Assembly (NCBI RefSeq): GCF_000020025.1
Contig: NC_010628.1
Span: 6,390,001 to 6,422,000, forward strand
DNA: 32,000 nucleotides
Direction: 5' to 3'
Source of the DNA: Nostoc punctiforme PCC 73102
GTDB taxonomy: Bacteria; Cyanobacteriota; Cyanobacteriia; Cyanobacteriales; Nostocaceae
Part shown: in pieces, positions 1 through 9,322 of the stretch
How the letters are laid out: each line of letters starts with the position of its first letter
How positions within the stretch are numbered: position 1 is the first letter of the stretch
Notes under the pieces: generated by a model
What the model saw: only the letters and a program-made list of their open reading frames with translations
The model's database searches: none
What the model was told of the DNA's origin: nothing
Translations under genes and position numbers: made by a program

Positions 1-23
1 TCACCCCTAACTCCTAACTCTCT
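1..23. repeat. Heptamer tandem repeat (CCTAACT / AGTTAGG type) overlapping the ugd stop
   Basis: tcaccCCTAACTCCTAACTctct. This is the same unit seen at 11252-11266, 11855-11867 and 13426-13451. Confidence 0.7.
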
Positions 24-1413
24 GCCTTCCTACGCCTACATATTGGAATCCAGCGCGTATAAGTGTTTCGGGGTCGAGGAAGTTACGACCATCGATGATA
101 ACGGGGTGGGCCATCAATTTTGCCATCTTCAGATAGTCGAGAGTGCTAAACTGCTGCCATTCGGTGACGAGTACTAAGGCATCGCAGCCGTCAGCTAATC
201 TTTCGGCATCTGTTTCTACTAGCACCCCAGAAAGACCATGACGCATACCTGTTTGGGAAATAATTGGATCGTAGGCTTTAACTTTGGCTCCTAGTCTGTT
301 TAGCTGCTCAATTAAAATGAGGGCTGGAGCATCGCGTAAGTCATCGGTATCTGGCTTGAAGGTCAGTCCGAGTAGTCCGACTGTTTTGCCTTTGAGAATT
401 TTCAGAACTTGTTGGAGTTTCTCCAGAGCAATCAAGCGTTGGCGTTCGTTAACACTAACGGCAGATTTTAGTAACTGGGCTTCATAACCATAGTCATCAG
501 CAGTATGAATCAGAGCCGAGACATCTTTGGGAAAGCAGGAACCACCCCAACCAATACCAGCTTGTAAAAACTTGTTACCAATGCGGGAGTCTAAACCAAT
601 ACCTTTAGCTACTTGGGTGACATCAGCACCGACGCGATCGCAAATATTAGCAACTTCGTTAATAAAACTAATTTTAGTGGCTAAAAAGGCATTAGCGGCG
701 TATTTAATCATCTCCGCCGAACTCAAGTCTGTTGCCAAAATTGGCACTGGGGGCAAAGATTGATCTTCAGCGTACTTGCGTTGGACAATTGGGTCATACA
801 GTTGTTCCATTAAGGCTACTGCTCTTTGGCTATTGCCTCCTAGTACAATGCGATCGGGGTTGAAAGTGTCGTGAACTGCCGAACCTTCGCGCAAAAATTC
901 TGGATTGCTCACTACATCAAACTCGGCTGCAAACTCAGATAATTTCTCATCACTCGGTACTCCACCTGCGGGTACCAATGTTTTTTGCCGCTCTACAATC
1001 CCATCTAAAACAAGCATCCGCACCCAGTCACCTGAGCCAATGGGGACTGTAGACTTATTCACTATCACCTTATAACCACCGTTGAGATTTTCCCCAATCC
1101 CACGGGCTACAGCTTCAACGTAACGAGTATCACTTTCACCAGTGGGTAAAGGTGGTGTTCCCACAGCAATAAACAGAATTTCTCCGTGGGAAACTCCAGC
1201 AGCCAGATCGCTTGTAAAATGAATCTTCTGTGTTTGGATGGCAGACTGCATAATCTCTGAGAGTCCCGGCTCAAAAATTGGGGACTGCCCAGACTTCATT
1301 AACTTAACTTTTTCTTCGTTGTTGTCTACGCAAATTACATCATGTCCAATATGAGCCAAGCAAGCACCTGTAACTAAACCAACGTAGCCAGTACCAATAA
1401 CGCAAACACGCAT
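7..1413 (-). CDS. ugd: UDP-glucose 6-dehydrogenase
   Basis: 468-aa ORF with an ATG start. N-terminal NAD Rossmann motif VIGTGYVGLVTGACLA and the GGSCFPKD catalytic-Cys motif. Full-length look of the UDP-glucose/GDP-mannose dehydrogenase family. The last 5 codons and the stop lie inside a CTAACTC/GAGTTAG heptamer repeat at the window edge. Confidence 0.9.
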   Translation of the reverse strand: MRVCVIGTGYVGLVTGACLAHIGHDVICVDNNEEKVKLMKSGQSPIFEPGLSEIMQSAIQTQKIHFTSDLAAGVSHGEILFIAVGTPPLPTGESDTRYVEAVARGIGENLNGGYKVIVNKSTVPIGSGDWVRMLVLDGIVERQKTLVPAGGVPSDEKLSEFAAEFDVVSNPEFLREGSAVHDTFNPDRIVLGGNSQRAVALMEQLYDPIVQRKYAEDQSLPPVPILATDLSSAEMIKYAANAFLATKISFINEVANICDRVGADVTQVAKGIGLDSRIGNKFLQAGIGWGGSCFPKDVSALIHTADDYGYEAQLLKSAVSVNERQRLIALEKLQQVLKILKGKTVGLLGLTFKPDTDDLRDAPALILIEQLNRLGAKVKAYDPIISQTGMRHGLSGVLVETDAERLADGCDALVLVTEWQQFSTLDYLKMAKLMAHPVIIDGRNFLDPETLIRAGFQYVGVGRQRVRS

Positions 1414-1562
1414 TCTTTAACTCCCTAATTTTTTGGGTGTAGTCTTCAAAAAGAAGTTATCAATATGACACATAACACACAGTTACAAAACTCAGTAACT
1501 AAGCATACCAGCTACCCTTTGGGTAAGCCTGCATGAAAATTCAGAGCGACGCTAGGCGCTAC

Positions 1563-2513
1563 TTAGTTGGTTGAATTATTGACATCGCCTTGAATGCGAT
1601 CGCGGAAATCTTCTATTGTCAGTTTTAACCCTTCTTGCAGAGGAATGGTAGGTTCCCAATTTAACAAAGTCTTTGCCTTAGTAATATCAGGCTGGCGACG
1701 ACGCGGATCGTCCGAAGGTAGTGGCTCAAATTTAATCTGTGCGTCTGGATCGATCATGTTCTGCACAGCTTGTGCCAATTGTAAAATCGTGTATTCTCCA
1801 GGATTACCCAAATTTACTGGGCCAACATAGTCGCCATTCATCAGGCGGATGAATCCTTCTACCAAATCGGAAACATAGCAAAAACTCCGAGTTTGCGAAC
1901 CATCGCCATAAACAGTTAAAGGATTACCTCGCAAGGCTTGAACTATAAAATTGCTTACTACCCGACCATCGTTTTCTAACATTCTCGGGCCGTAGGTATT
2001 AAATATTCGCACAACTCGAATATCAACTTTATTTTGTCTGTAGTAATCAAATGCTAAAGTCTCAGCAATTCTTTTACCTTCGTCGTAGCATGAACGTATC
2101 CCAATGGGATTGACGCTACCCCTATACTCTTCAGTTTGGGGATGAACTTCTGGATCTCCGTATACTTCGCTAGTTGAAGCCAAGAAAAACCTAGCTTTCA
2201 CACGTTTAGCCAGCCCCAACATATTCAGGGTTCCCATAACGTTAGTCTTAACGGTTTTAACTGGGTTGTACTGGTAATGTACTGGTGAAGCAGGGCAAGC
2301 TAAATGATAAATTTGATCCACTTCTAACCGAATTGGTTCGGTAATATCGTGACGGATCAGTTCAAAATACGGATGACCTAACCATTTAAGAATGTTACGT
2401 TTATGGCCAGTGTAAAAGTTATCCAAGCATATTAATTCATGCCCCTCGGTCATTAATCGGTCGATGAGATGGGAACCAATAAACCCAGCACCGCCCGTCA
2501 CCAAAATTCTCAT
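1563..2513 (-). CDS. uxs: UDP-glucuronate decarboxylase (UDP-xylose synthase), SDR family
   Basis: 316-aa [15 protein letters not shown] Rossmann motif, [11 protein letters not shown], and [36 protein letters not shown], which is typical of UXS. It sits directly downstream of ugd on the same strand, matching the pathway order UDP-Glc -> UDP-GlcA -> UDP-Xyl. Confidence 0.9.
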   Translation of the reverse strand: MRILVTGGAGFIGSHLIDRLMTEGHELICLDNFYTGHKRNILKWLGHPYFELIRHDITEPIRLEVDQIYHLACPASPVHYQYNPVKTVKTNVMGTLNMLGLAKRVKARFFLASTSEVYGDPEVHPQTEEYRGSVNPIGIRSCYDEGKRIAETLAFDYYRQNKVDIRVVRIFNTYGPRMLENDGRVVSNFIVQALRGNPLTVYGDGSQTRSFCYVSDLVEGFIRLMNGDYVGPVNLGNPGEYTILQLAQAVQNMIDPDAQIKFEPLPSDDPRRRQPDITKAKTLLNWEPTIPLQEGLKLTIEDFRDRIQGDVNNSTN

Positions 2514-2930
2514 AGTTTCCCAGTTACTTACAAATATTTTCAGTACTTATTGCACTTACTTTTAGATTACCCAGCTTGGAGACAAAAATACAGAACTCAA
2601 AAAAGAAGGCTTAATCAAAAAGTGTTGTTGAAATTACTTATTTTTCTATGGTTATAGTTTTATGATGTTTTTACCTGCTTTTTTAACAATTTAACTAGCA
2701 AAATAACAAACTTAGTCTCAATATTGTTAGTTTTCCACTTAAAGTTCATCAAATCTTCAATAATATAAAATATTTTTACGGTTATTGCTGTTCTAAGTTG
2801 GATGCAAAGCAGCAAAGAATTGACTGTAAGAATATACAGATATTCCTACAATCAATTCTTTTGTTGAAAGCTTTTTTTCAATACAGATTGCAGCCCCAGT
2901 TCACTCAGATAGACTAAAATCTGCGTGATA

Positions 2931-5069
2931 TTACACAGCAGATGTAATACTAGTAACCGGATTAGACATAACTAAATTTGTGGTTTGAGTGCGCTGCGGT
3001 TCTCCAAGCATAACAATGGAGCAGGTTAGTTGTCTGGCTAACTGGGTTGTAACATCGCTAATGGCTAACCCTCCAGGACTGGTACGATTACGTATAAAAG
3101 GTAAAACTACTAAATCATATAATCGTGCTGCTTGCAAAATTGCTTGAGCAACATTTTCATGAGCGATAATTTGAATTTCTGGGGCATTAGCCAAAGCTAA
3201 ATTAGATACCATTAGGGAGAGATGCGATCGCCTCCAAGCAATTTTACTGGAACTAGTGCGGCGATCGCACACATTTAGCACAGTAATGTGGCTCTGATTT
3301 GCCTCTGCCAGCATCTGGGCAAATTGTACAGGCTGTAGTATGGGTGCTGTTAAGTTTTCTACTGGTACTAAGATACGCTGAATTTTTTTAGGTGATTCTA
3401 CTAGACGTGTTACTGCTACTGGACAATGGGATGCCCAAAGCACACCATCAATCACATTCCCAAATAAGCGCGCTCGTAACCCAGTCCGTTTACCCCAACC
3501 CATCACAATTAAATTAGCCTTTCGTTCGCGGGCGGCTCGGCTAATTCCTTGAGCAAAGGCATCATCAATTCGCAGCATTGGTTCTGCGACGACGCCCAAT
3601 ACTCGACTGTGTGTCGTGGCTTTGGTCAATAATTGCTCACTGCGTTGTAGAGAAGCTTCTAACTGTGGTGCATCCATCTGAGCCGCAGCAGTCGCGATCG
3701 CCAGTGGTATAATTTTCCCCTGAGACTGACGCGCTAATAACGCCGCCATTTCAATTAAATGCAGTTCAGTATGAGGATTATAGACAGGTACGACTATCGT
3801 AAAAGCGCTGTCTGTCTCTGGTGCATTCTGGTCAAGTAGAGGTGGTGCTGGATCTTCCTCTGGTAAGGAATTCAAACCAACAGCTATTCGACTGGTTATC
3901 AAAGGCCCCAAGGTTGATGTGACAACCATTAAGGCAATGACACTGTGTAATACTTCTAGTGGCAGCAACCCAGCCCGGTATCCCACTAACGTAGCTGCTA
4001 AGGTTGTACCAACCTGGGGAAGTGATAGCGACCAGATGGTTAACGTTTCTTGCCACCTATAGCGGTAAACCAGTTTTGTCAACAAAGCTGCAATCAATTT
4101 ACTGGCAATCAAACCGACTATTATCAACAGCGTTAACTTGAGCGTATCCAGGTTGTTCACAAAGGCGGGTAGATCGATCAGTAAGCCAAGGTCAACAAAG
4201 AAAATGGGAATAAACAACACACTGCCAATAAATACTACCTTTTCTTTGACTGGACCTTCACCCACAGCTTCATTCACCGCCAAACCAGCTAAAAAAGCAC
4301 CAACAATTTTTTCTACCCCAATCAATTGAGCGCCTACAGCTGCCAGAAATACGGAAAGTAATACAAACAAAAACTTGTTTCCTTCATCATCTCCAGACCG
4401 CTTGAAAAATTCCTTACCTGCCCAATCAAAGCCTGTAACAACGGCAACAGAGTAAATAATTAACCAACCCGACAACGTGAGTAGTTTAGCAAAGCTAAAT
4501 GCTCCAGCATGGGTGATGCCTACACAAACACCTAAGATCAGCACTGCCCCAATATCTGTAAAAATCTTAGCTCCAATGGTGACAGTAACAGCTTCATTGT
4601 TTACTACTCCCAAACGGCTGATTATGGGATATGCCAAAAGAGTATAGGAAGTGAATAAAGAGCCAATTAAAATTGAAGTATTCCAGCCATAGCCTAAAAT
4701 CAGCCCTACTAAGGTTCCCATTATCAGGGGGACAATGAAAGTCAAGCTAGCAAACCCAAAGGCACGACTTTTTTGCCGACGGAACTTTTCGAGATCAACT
4801 TCTAGCCCTGCGACAAACAGTAAATAAATTAACCCAATGTCTGATAGCAGGTTAATCATCAGTGAGTCAGACTGAAATAAATTCCAGCCTGAAGGCCCAA
4901 GTACTAGCCCTGAAAAAATCAAACCCACTAATTCTGGTAATCTTAGCCGCTCAAACATGATGGGGATAACTAAGATAATCACCAGCAAAATAGCAAAGGG
5001 AACAATTGGTTGCTTGCCAAGAACTTGGGAAGTTGGTTCCAGAACAAGAACTTGTGATATGAGTTCCAT
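2931..5069 (-). CDS. Cation:proton antiporter (CPA2/Na+-H+ exchanger family) with C-terminal tandem USP-like domains
   Basis: 712-aa ORF. The N-terminal ~400 aa are multi-pass hydrophobic with the exchanger-like start PELVGLIFSGLVLGPSGWNL. The C-terminal ~290 aa contain two universal-stress-protein-like modules (IVVPVYNPHT...ANLIVMGWGKRTGL...CPVAV and ILVPVENLT...YDLVVLPF...CSIVMLG). Confidence 0.8.
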   Translation of the reverse strand: MELISQVLVLEPTSQVLGKQPIVPFAILLVIILVIPIMFERLRLPELVGLIFSGLVLGPSGWNLFQSDSLMINLLSDIGLIYLLFVAGLEVDLEKFRRQKSRAFGFASLTFIVPLIMGTLVGLILGYGWNTSILIGSLFTSYTLLAYPIISRLGVVNNEAVTVTIGAKIFTDIGAVLILGVCVGITHAGAFSFAKLLTLSGWLIIYSVAVVTGFDWAGKEFFKRSGDDEGNKFLFVLLSVFLAAVGAQLIGVEKIVGAFLAGLAVNEAVGEGPVKEKVVFIGSVLFIPIFFVDLGLLIDLPAFVNNLDTLKLTLLIIVGLIASKLIAALLTKLVYRYRWQETLTIWSLSLPQVGTTLAATLVGYRAGLLPLEVLHSVIALMVVTSTLGPLITSRIAVGLNSLPEEDPAPPLLDQNAPETDSAFTIVVPVYNPHTELHLIEMAALLARQSQGKIIPLAIATAAAQMDAPQLEASLQRSEQLLTKATTHSRVLGVVAEPMLRIDDAFAQGISRAARERKANLIVMGWGKRTGLRARLFGNVIDGVLWASHCPVAVTRLVESPKKIQRILVPVENLTAPILQPVQFAQMLAEANQSHITVLNVCDRRTSSSKIAWRRSHLSLMVSNLALANAPEIQIIAHENVAQAILQAARLYDLVVLPFIRNRTSPGGLAISDVTTQLARQLTCSIVMLGEPQRTQTTNLVMSNPVTSITSAV

Positions 5070-5210
5070 AGGTAGGAATTGAAGGGGCTATGGTAAAACT
5101 GCGATTACCTTGGGGCGATCGCCTGATGGATATAAAATGGGTCAGCCACCTGACGAAAAATTAAAAATATTAACTTACAGTAACTAGGTAATTGTCTAAG
5201 AACTAACTAC

Positions 5211-5867
5211 CTACGGATGGATTTGACTTAAAATAAACCGCAAGCGATCGTAGTCGTCTTTAAGTAGTACGCTTAGGTTACGTCCAGCTTTAATTAGCCA
5301 TTCTCGGTCAGCTTTGCGTAACTGGTATACATCTCGAATAGCAGCTGCGGTCAAGGACTCGACTGGCGCACCGTTTATACAAAGCAATGTCCGCAAAAAA
5401 TCTAGTTCTTCAGTAAATTTAACGATCGCTTCTGGTTCACACCGATAAACAGCTTGATGAATTTGCGGGGGACGGGGTGGTAGATACTGATATATTCTTT
5501 GGTTATAACCTCGATTTTGGGAAGATTGTTCAAATCCCACGATCGCAGCTCGAAATTCTGTTCTCAACATGGCAAATATCTGGGGTTGTTCCTCGCGTAA
5601 GTCTTGCAGTGACAACCCCAAAGCCCTAGCTCGGTGTACTGAATCTATAGGCATAGTAGTGGCATAATATACCACACCATAAACTTGATTCCCAGATTCT
5701 TCATCCACAGAACAAACCCAACTACCAAAGGGTGGCATGGAGGGAAAGCTCAAATCTTCTGGTTCCAAACACTGAGCTAGAAATTCAGTACTAGTAGTTT
5801 CAATCACCTCCGCAATGTGGTTGGGATGGCGATCGCCAGTAGCAAACTGTGGTAGTGGGAGGCGCAT
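5211..5867 (-). CDS. Conserved hypothetical protein (possible HAS-barrel-like N-terminus)
   Basis: 218-aa ORF with a clean ATG start and no competing ORF. The N-terminal pattern IAEVIETTSTEFLAQC...GSWVCSV...VYGVVYY resembles small beta-barrel (HAS-barrel type) domains. I cannot verify this without a profile search. Confidence 0.55.
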   Translation of the reverse strand: MRLPLPQFATGDRHPNHIAEVIETTSTEFLAQCLEPEDLSFPSMPPFGSWVCSVDEESGNQVYGVVYYATTMPIDSVHRARALGLSLQDLREEQPQIFAMLRTEFRAAIVGFEQSSQNRGYNQRIYQYLPPRPPQIHQAVYRCEPEAIVKFTEELDFLRTLLCINGAPVESLTAAAIRDVYQLRKADREWLIKAGRNLSVLLKDDYDRLRFILSQIHP

Positions 5868-5873
5868 AGTAAT

Positions 5874-6052
5874 TTAGTCATTAGTCATTGGTGAGCCAGC
5901 GCGATCTTCTCTACGAGACGCTGTGCGATGGGGGTTTCCCCCATGAGTGACTGGCGTTAGCGCAGCGTTAGCGAGGAACGAGCGTCACCCGTAAGGGTCA
6001 TTAGTCATTAGTTTTTGCCAAAGGACAAAGGACAAATGACTAATGACTAATC
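5874..6052. repeat. Composite repeat: TTAGTCA/TTGGTGA heptamers flanking a GC-rich insert, then AAGGACA and AATGACT heptamers
   Basis: TTAGTCA x2 + TTGGTGA at 5874-5894. The GC-rich core contains GGGGGTTTCCCCC and CTTCTCTACGAG. TTAGTCA-type units resume at 5995-6015. AAGGACA x2 is at 6021-6034 and AATGACT x2 at 6035-6048. A 12-bp perfect inverted pair lies at 6000-6011 / 6040-6051, right after the ndhS stop. Confidence 0.8.
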
Positions 6053-6250
6053 TTATTTGGCTTTTTTCCGTCCGGCTATGGTCTCTACAAGTTCCAACTC
6101 GCTCAGGCGAAAGGTAACTAATTTATCCCAGTTACCACCTTCAAATAATACGGCTACTTTGCCATCGGTCAGTCGTTGTACGAGTCCTTCGTAGCGATAA
6201 TAGGTATCTGCGGGATTCTTGACGCGAACAGTTGCTCCAGGCAGAATCAT
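6053..6250 (-). CDS. ndhS: NAD(P)H-quinone oxidoreductase (NDH-1) subunit S
   Basis: 65-aa [50 protein letters not shown]. From memory it matches the SH3-like NdhS/CRR31 family (the Synechocystis Ssl0352 type). Confidence 0.75.
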   Translation of the reverse strand: MILPGATVRVKNPADTYYRYEGLVQRLTDGKVAVLFEGGNWDKLVTFRLSELELVETIAGRKKAK

Positions 6251-6295
6251 GTTTTTAGCCTCGCTTGTTTCCTTTTAATAGCTTAATACTTGTTA

Positions 6296-6330
6296 TTAGT
6301 CATTTGTCGTTGGTTCTTACAAATGACTAA
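6296..6330 (-). terminator. Hairpin built from TTAGTCA-type repeats just 3' of rodA
   Basis: Perfect 12-bp stem TTAGTCATTTGT / ACAAATGACTAA with an 11-nt loop. The repeat run continues into the rodA stop (6338-6340). There is no clear U-tract. Confidence 0.35.
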
Positions 6331-6337
6331 TGACGAA

Positions 6338-7651
6338 TCAATAATACTTCTGCCTTTGGCGAAAATTTGCTACCGATTCTACTATTCCCAAGGAAATGAA
6401 GTTGGTCAGCATAGCAGAACGCCCATAACTCATCCAAGGTAAAGGTATTCCTGCCACAGGTGCTAAACCTACAGTCATGCCAACGTTCACAATCACCTGA
6501 AACACGATCATAGACAAAACGCCAATAGCCAATAAGGAACCAAAGTTATCTTTGGCGGTTTGGGCAACATGCAGCAGACGGAGGCAAATTAAGCAGAAGA
6601 CAAACAGCACTAACAAACAACCAACAAAACCGAATTCTTCTCCGACTGCGGAGAAAATAAAGTCTGTATGCTGTTCGGGTACAAAATTCAGTTGCGTCAT
6701 TGGCCCCTTGAATAGACCCCATCCCCAAATTTCACCAGCACCAATGGCAATACGAGATTGGATTAAGTGATACCCAGCACCGAGTGGATCGTGATCGGGA
6801 TCCATGAATACAGTTAACCGAGCTTTTTGATACGGTTTTAAAATATGGTTCCAAGCGAAGACTCCTAATTCGCCACCCAATATATTGAGAGTCCAGGCAC
6901 CGATCGCACCGCAACCAAATCTACGCCAGGGAAGAGTTTGCCAGCCCACAATAGCCATCGCAAATGACCAAACTATTCCTAATGGGCCAAAAGATAGTTC
7001 TTTGAATAAAATTATCGGCTCTGATAAAGGCCAAGATATACTAAACAAAATGGCGGCAACTACAGGAGAAATCAGCAGAATTAACCAGCCTGGGTTAGCA
7101 TTTGCCCAATAAAGCATTCCTAAGACGATCGCACCAAATACCAATGATGTTGCTAAATCTGGCTGCAAAAATACTAATCCCCAAGGTATGGCAGTAATTG
7201 CCAGAACCCGAAAAACACCTTCAAGGCTAGAAGCAGTACGCCTGTGTAGCAAAGCTGCTAAGGTAACGATCATGCCGACTTTGGCAAATTCTGAGGGTTG
7301 CACGTTAAAGCCGGCGATACTAATCCACCTCTGTGCCCCTTTAGCGCTAGTACCAGCTATCATCACCGCGATTAAGCTGAAATTCGTTAGTGAGTATGTT
7401 ACCCAGTGCCACTGCATTAAGAGTTCGTAGCGGATGCGAGATAAAAATAGGGCTATAACCACGCCGATACCCGCTACCATCCAGTGCCACCACCAGTCAG
7501 TTACTGGCTGCTTCAGTTCCGTACTGAGGATCATGATGCCACCAAAGATACTGATAGCAACTGGCAAACAAAATAGTAGCCAATCTACATTCTGCCAGGG
7601 CTTAACCCAAGACTTCCAGCGAATTTTGGGGAGCGATCGTTTTAATAACAT
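6338..7651 (-). CDS. rodA: SEDS-family peptidoglycan glycosyltransferase RodA (FtsW/RodA/SpoVE family)
   Basis: 437-aa polytopic membrane ORF. The motif DPLGAGYHLIQSRIAIGAG...QLNFVPEQHTDFIFSAVGEEFGFVG is closer to the RodA pattern (GAGYHxIQS) than to the FtsW pattern (GxGYQxxQS). Confidence 0.8.
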   Translation of the reverse strand: MLLKRSLPKIRWKSWVKPWQNVDWLLFCLPVAISIFGGIMILSTELKQPVTDWWWHWMVAGIGVVIALFLSRIRYELLMQWHWVTYSLTNFSLIAVMIAGTSAKGAQRWISIAGFNVQPSEFAKVGMIVTLAALLHRRTASSLEGVFRVLAITAIPWGLVFLQPDLATSLVFGAIVLGMLYWANANPGWLILLISPVVAAILFSISWPLSEPIILFKELSFGPLGIVWSFAMAIVGWQTLPWRRFGCGAIGAWTLNILGGELGVFAWNHILKPYQKARLTVFMDPDHDPLGAGYHLIQSRIAIGAGEIWGWGLFKGPMTQLNFVPEQHTDFIFSAVGEEFGFVGCLLVLFVFCLICLRLLHVAQTAKDNFGSLLAIGVLSMIVFQVIVNVGMTVGLAPVAGIPLPWMSYGRSAMLTNFISLGIVESVANFRQRQKYY

Positions 7652-7671
7652 TGTGCCAATTTAGACTTTTT

Positions 7672-7886
7672 GAAGTGTTGGGTATGGGTCGTTGGGCACT
7701 TGTACTGAGCCTGTCCTGAGCGTAGCCGTAAAGCCTGTGGCATAGCTACGCTTAGTGCGCAGCCTCTCGTAGAGAAGGGCGAAGCCGAAGTATTGGGCAT
7801 TGCTTGCTCTCGTTGTCCCTACTCCCTATAAAGTTCTGATCTATTGAGTTGTCTTCCTTGTTCCCATGCCCTATGTCCCATACCCG
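7672..7886. repeat. Composite repeat: TTGGGTA/TTGGGCA heptamers with a GC-rich insert, closed by inverted CCCATGC/CCCATAC units
   Basis: GGGTATGGG at ~7679 and CCCATACCC at ~7877 are inverted. The core contains hairpin AGCGTAGC...GCTACGCT and the 12-mer CTCGTAGAGAAG (7766-7777). Confidence 0.7.
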
Positions 7887-7939
7887 ATCTTTAGTATTCC
7901 CAGAACATAGCCCAGGAAGCTGATAGAAATTAAAATTAA

Positions 7940-9010
7940 TTATGTCAATGCAGCAACTGATACTTTACCAGCAATGGTAAGAGCGATCGCAGTTAATGCT
8001 TTTGCCGATGCTGAATCTGGATCGCCAACAACTATGGGCACACCACTGTCACCGCCAACTCGTGTGGAAATCTCTAGTGGCACGCACCCCAGCAGTGGCA
8101 CTCCCAATTCGGCGGCGGTTTTGGAGCCTCCACCGGAACCAAAGATGTCATAGTGCTTATCTGGTTGATCGGGGGGGATAAAATAGCTCATATTTTCCAC
8201 GAGCCCCAATACCGGGACATTCATCTGCTGGAACATCCGCAATCCCTTGCGAGAATCTAATAGGGCTACAGTTTGCGGTGTGGTGACAATTACCGCCCCG
8301 GCCATTGGCACTGCTTGAGTTAAAGTTAACTGAGCATCTCCGGTTCCCGGTGGCATATCTACAATCAAATAATCCAGTTCTCCCCATTGCACTTGATAGA
8401 GAAACTGGCGAATTACGCCATTGAGCATAGGCCCCCGCCAAATGACTGGTTGATCTCGGTCAATCAAAAAGCCCATTGAAACTAATTTGACACCGTGATT
8501 AAAAGCAGGTTCCAGAATGTCACCTGTTTCAGTGGAACGTACCACAATTTGGGCATCAGCTAGACCCAGCATAGTGGGATCGTTGGGGCCGTAAATATCA
8601 GCGTCTAACAACCCAACTTTCGCCCCAGTTTGAGCTAGAGCCACTGCTACATTCACCGCCACTGTACTTTTACCAACGCCACCTTTGCCACTGGAAACAG
8701 CAATAATATTTTTTACACCAGAAATGCCAGTGCGATCGGGTAAACTTTTTTGTTGGGGTGTTTCTGCCGTAACTTCTATGCTGACATCTGTAACACCCGG
8801 TAGCTTTTTGACAGCTTTCTGACAGTCTTCAACGATAAATTCGCGTAAAGGACAGGCAGGAGTAGTCAACACTAAAGTGAAACTAACCTTGCCACCGTCA
8901 ATTTTGACGTTGCGAATCATATTCAGTTCCACCAGACTTTTGCGGAGTTCTGGGTCTTCCACTGGACGCAAAATTTCTAGGATAGAGCGAGAATCGAGGA
9001 CATCGTACAT
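7940..9010 (-). CDS. mrp: Mrp/NBP35/ApbC-family Fe-S cluster carrier ATPase with N-terminal DUF59-like domain
   Basis: 356-aa ORF. N-terminal DUF59-like segment (DPELRKSLVELNMIRNV...TTPACP), deviant Walker A SGKGGVGKST, and the ...PPGTGD... motif. Confidence 0.9.
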   Translation of the reverse strand: MYDVLDSRSILEILRPVEDPELRKSLVELNMIRNVKIDGGKVSFTLVLTTPACPLREFIVEDCQKAVKKLPGVTDVSIEVTAETPQQKSLPDRTGISGVKNIIAVSSGKGGVGKSTVAVNVAVALAQTGAKVGLLDADIYGPNDPTMLGLADAQIVVRSTETGDILEPAFNHGVKLVSMGFLIDRDQPVIWRGPMLNGVIRQFLYQVQWGELDYLIVDMPPGTGDAQLTLTQAVPMAGAVIVTTPQTVALLDSRKGLRMFQQMNVPVLGLVENMSYFIPPDQPDKHYDIFGSGGGSKTAAELGVPLLGCVPLEISTRVGGDSGVPIVVGDPDSASAKALTAIALTIAGKVSVAALT

Positions 9011-9168
9011 AAAAATTCAAAATTCAAAATGAATAAATACACTTGTGGCGAACATCTTAGCTATTAACTCGATGTTTTCTTAAGTAAGGTCAGCTTAGTG
9101 TTTTCACTGTCAATGCCGTAATAAAACTTAGCAAATGGAATTATTACCTAATAGAATATTAACTTTCT

Positions 9169-9322
9169 TTGGGCATTGGGCATTGAGCATGAAGAAGAGA
9201 CAAGGGAGACAAGGAAGAGGGGGGAGACAAGAGAGAGGCTTTTTCAATAATTCCCCCTTGTCCCCCTTGTCTTCCTACCTCCCCCGCTCCCTGCTCCCTG
9301 CCCTCTTCCCACTCCCCTTTAC
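9169..9322. repeat. Purine-arm/pyrimidine-arm hairpin element, copy A (MITE-like)
   Basis: It shares an identical 44-mer GAAGAGACAAGGGAGACAAGGAAGAGGGGGGAGACAAGAGAGAG (9194-9237) and a 29-mer TTCAATAATTCCCCCTTGTCCCCCTTGTC with copy C. It is preceded by TTGGGCA heptamers and ends 1 nt before the stop of the SRPBCC gene. Confidence 0.85.

Noticed and set aside
2813-2880. Inverted repeat CAAAGAATTGA...TCAATTCTTTG and TTGAAA..TTTCAA 3' of the antiporter as a terminator
   Set aside because: The stems are A/T-rich, the loop is 27 nt and there is no clear U-tract. It is too weak to call.
8157-8441. 94-aa minus-strand alternative-frame ORF inside mrp
   Set aside because: It overlaps the well-supported Mrp/ApbC frame on the same strand and has an implausible composition.
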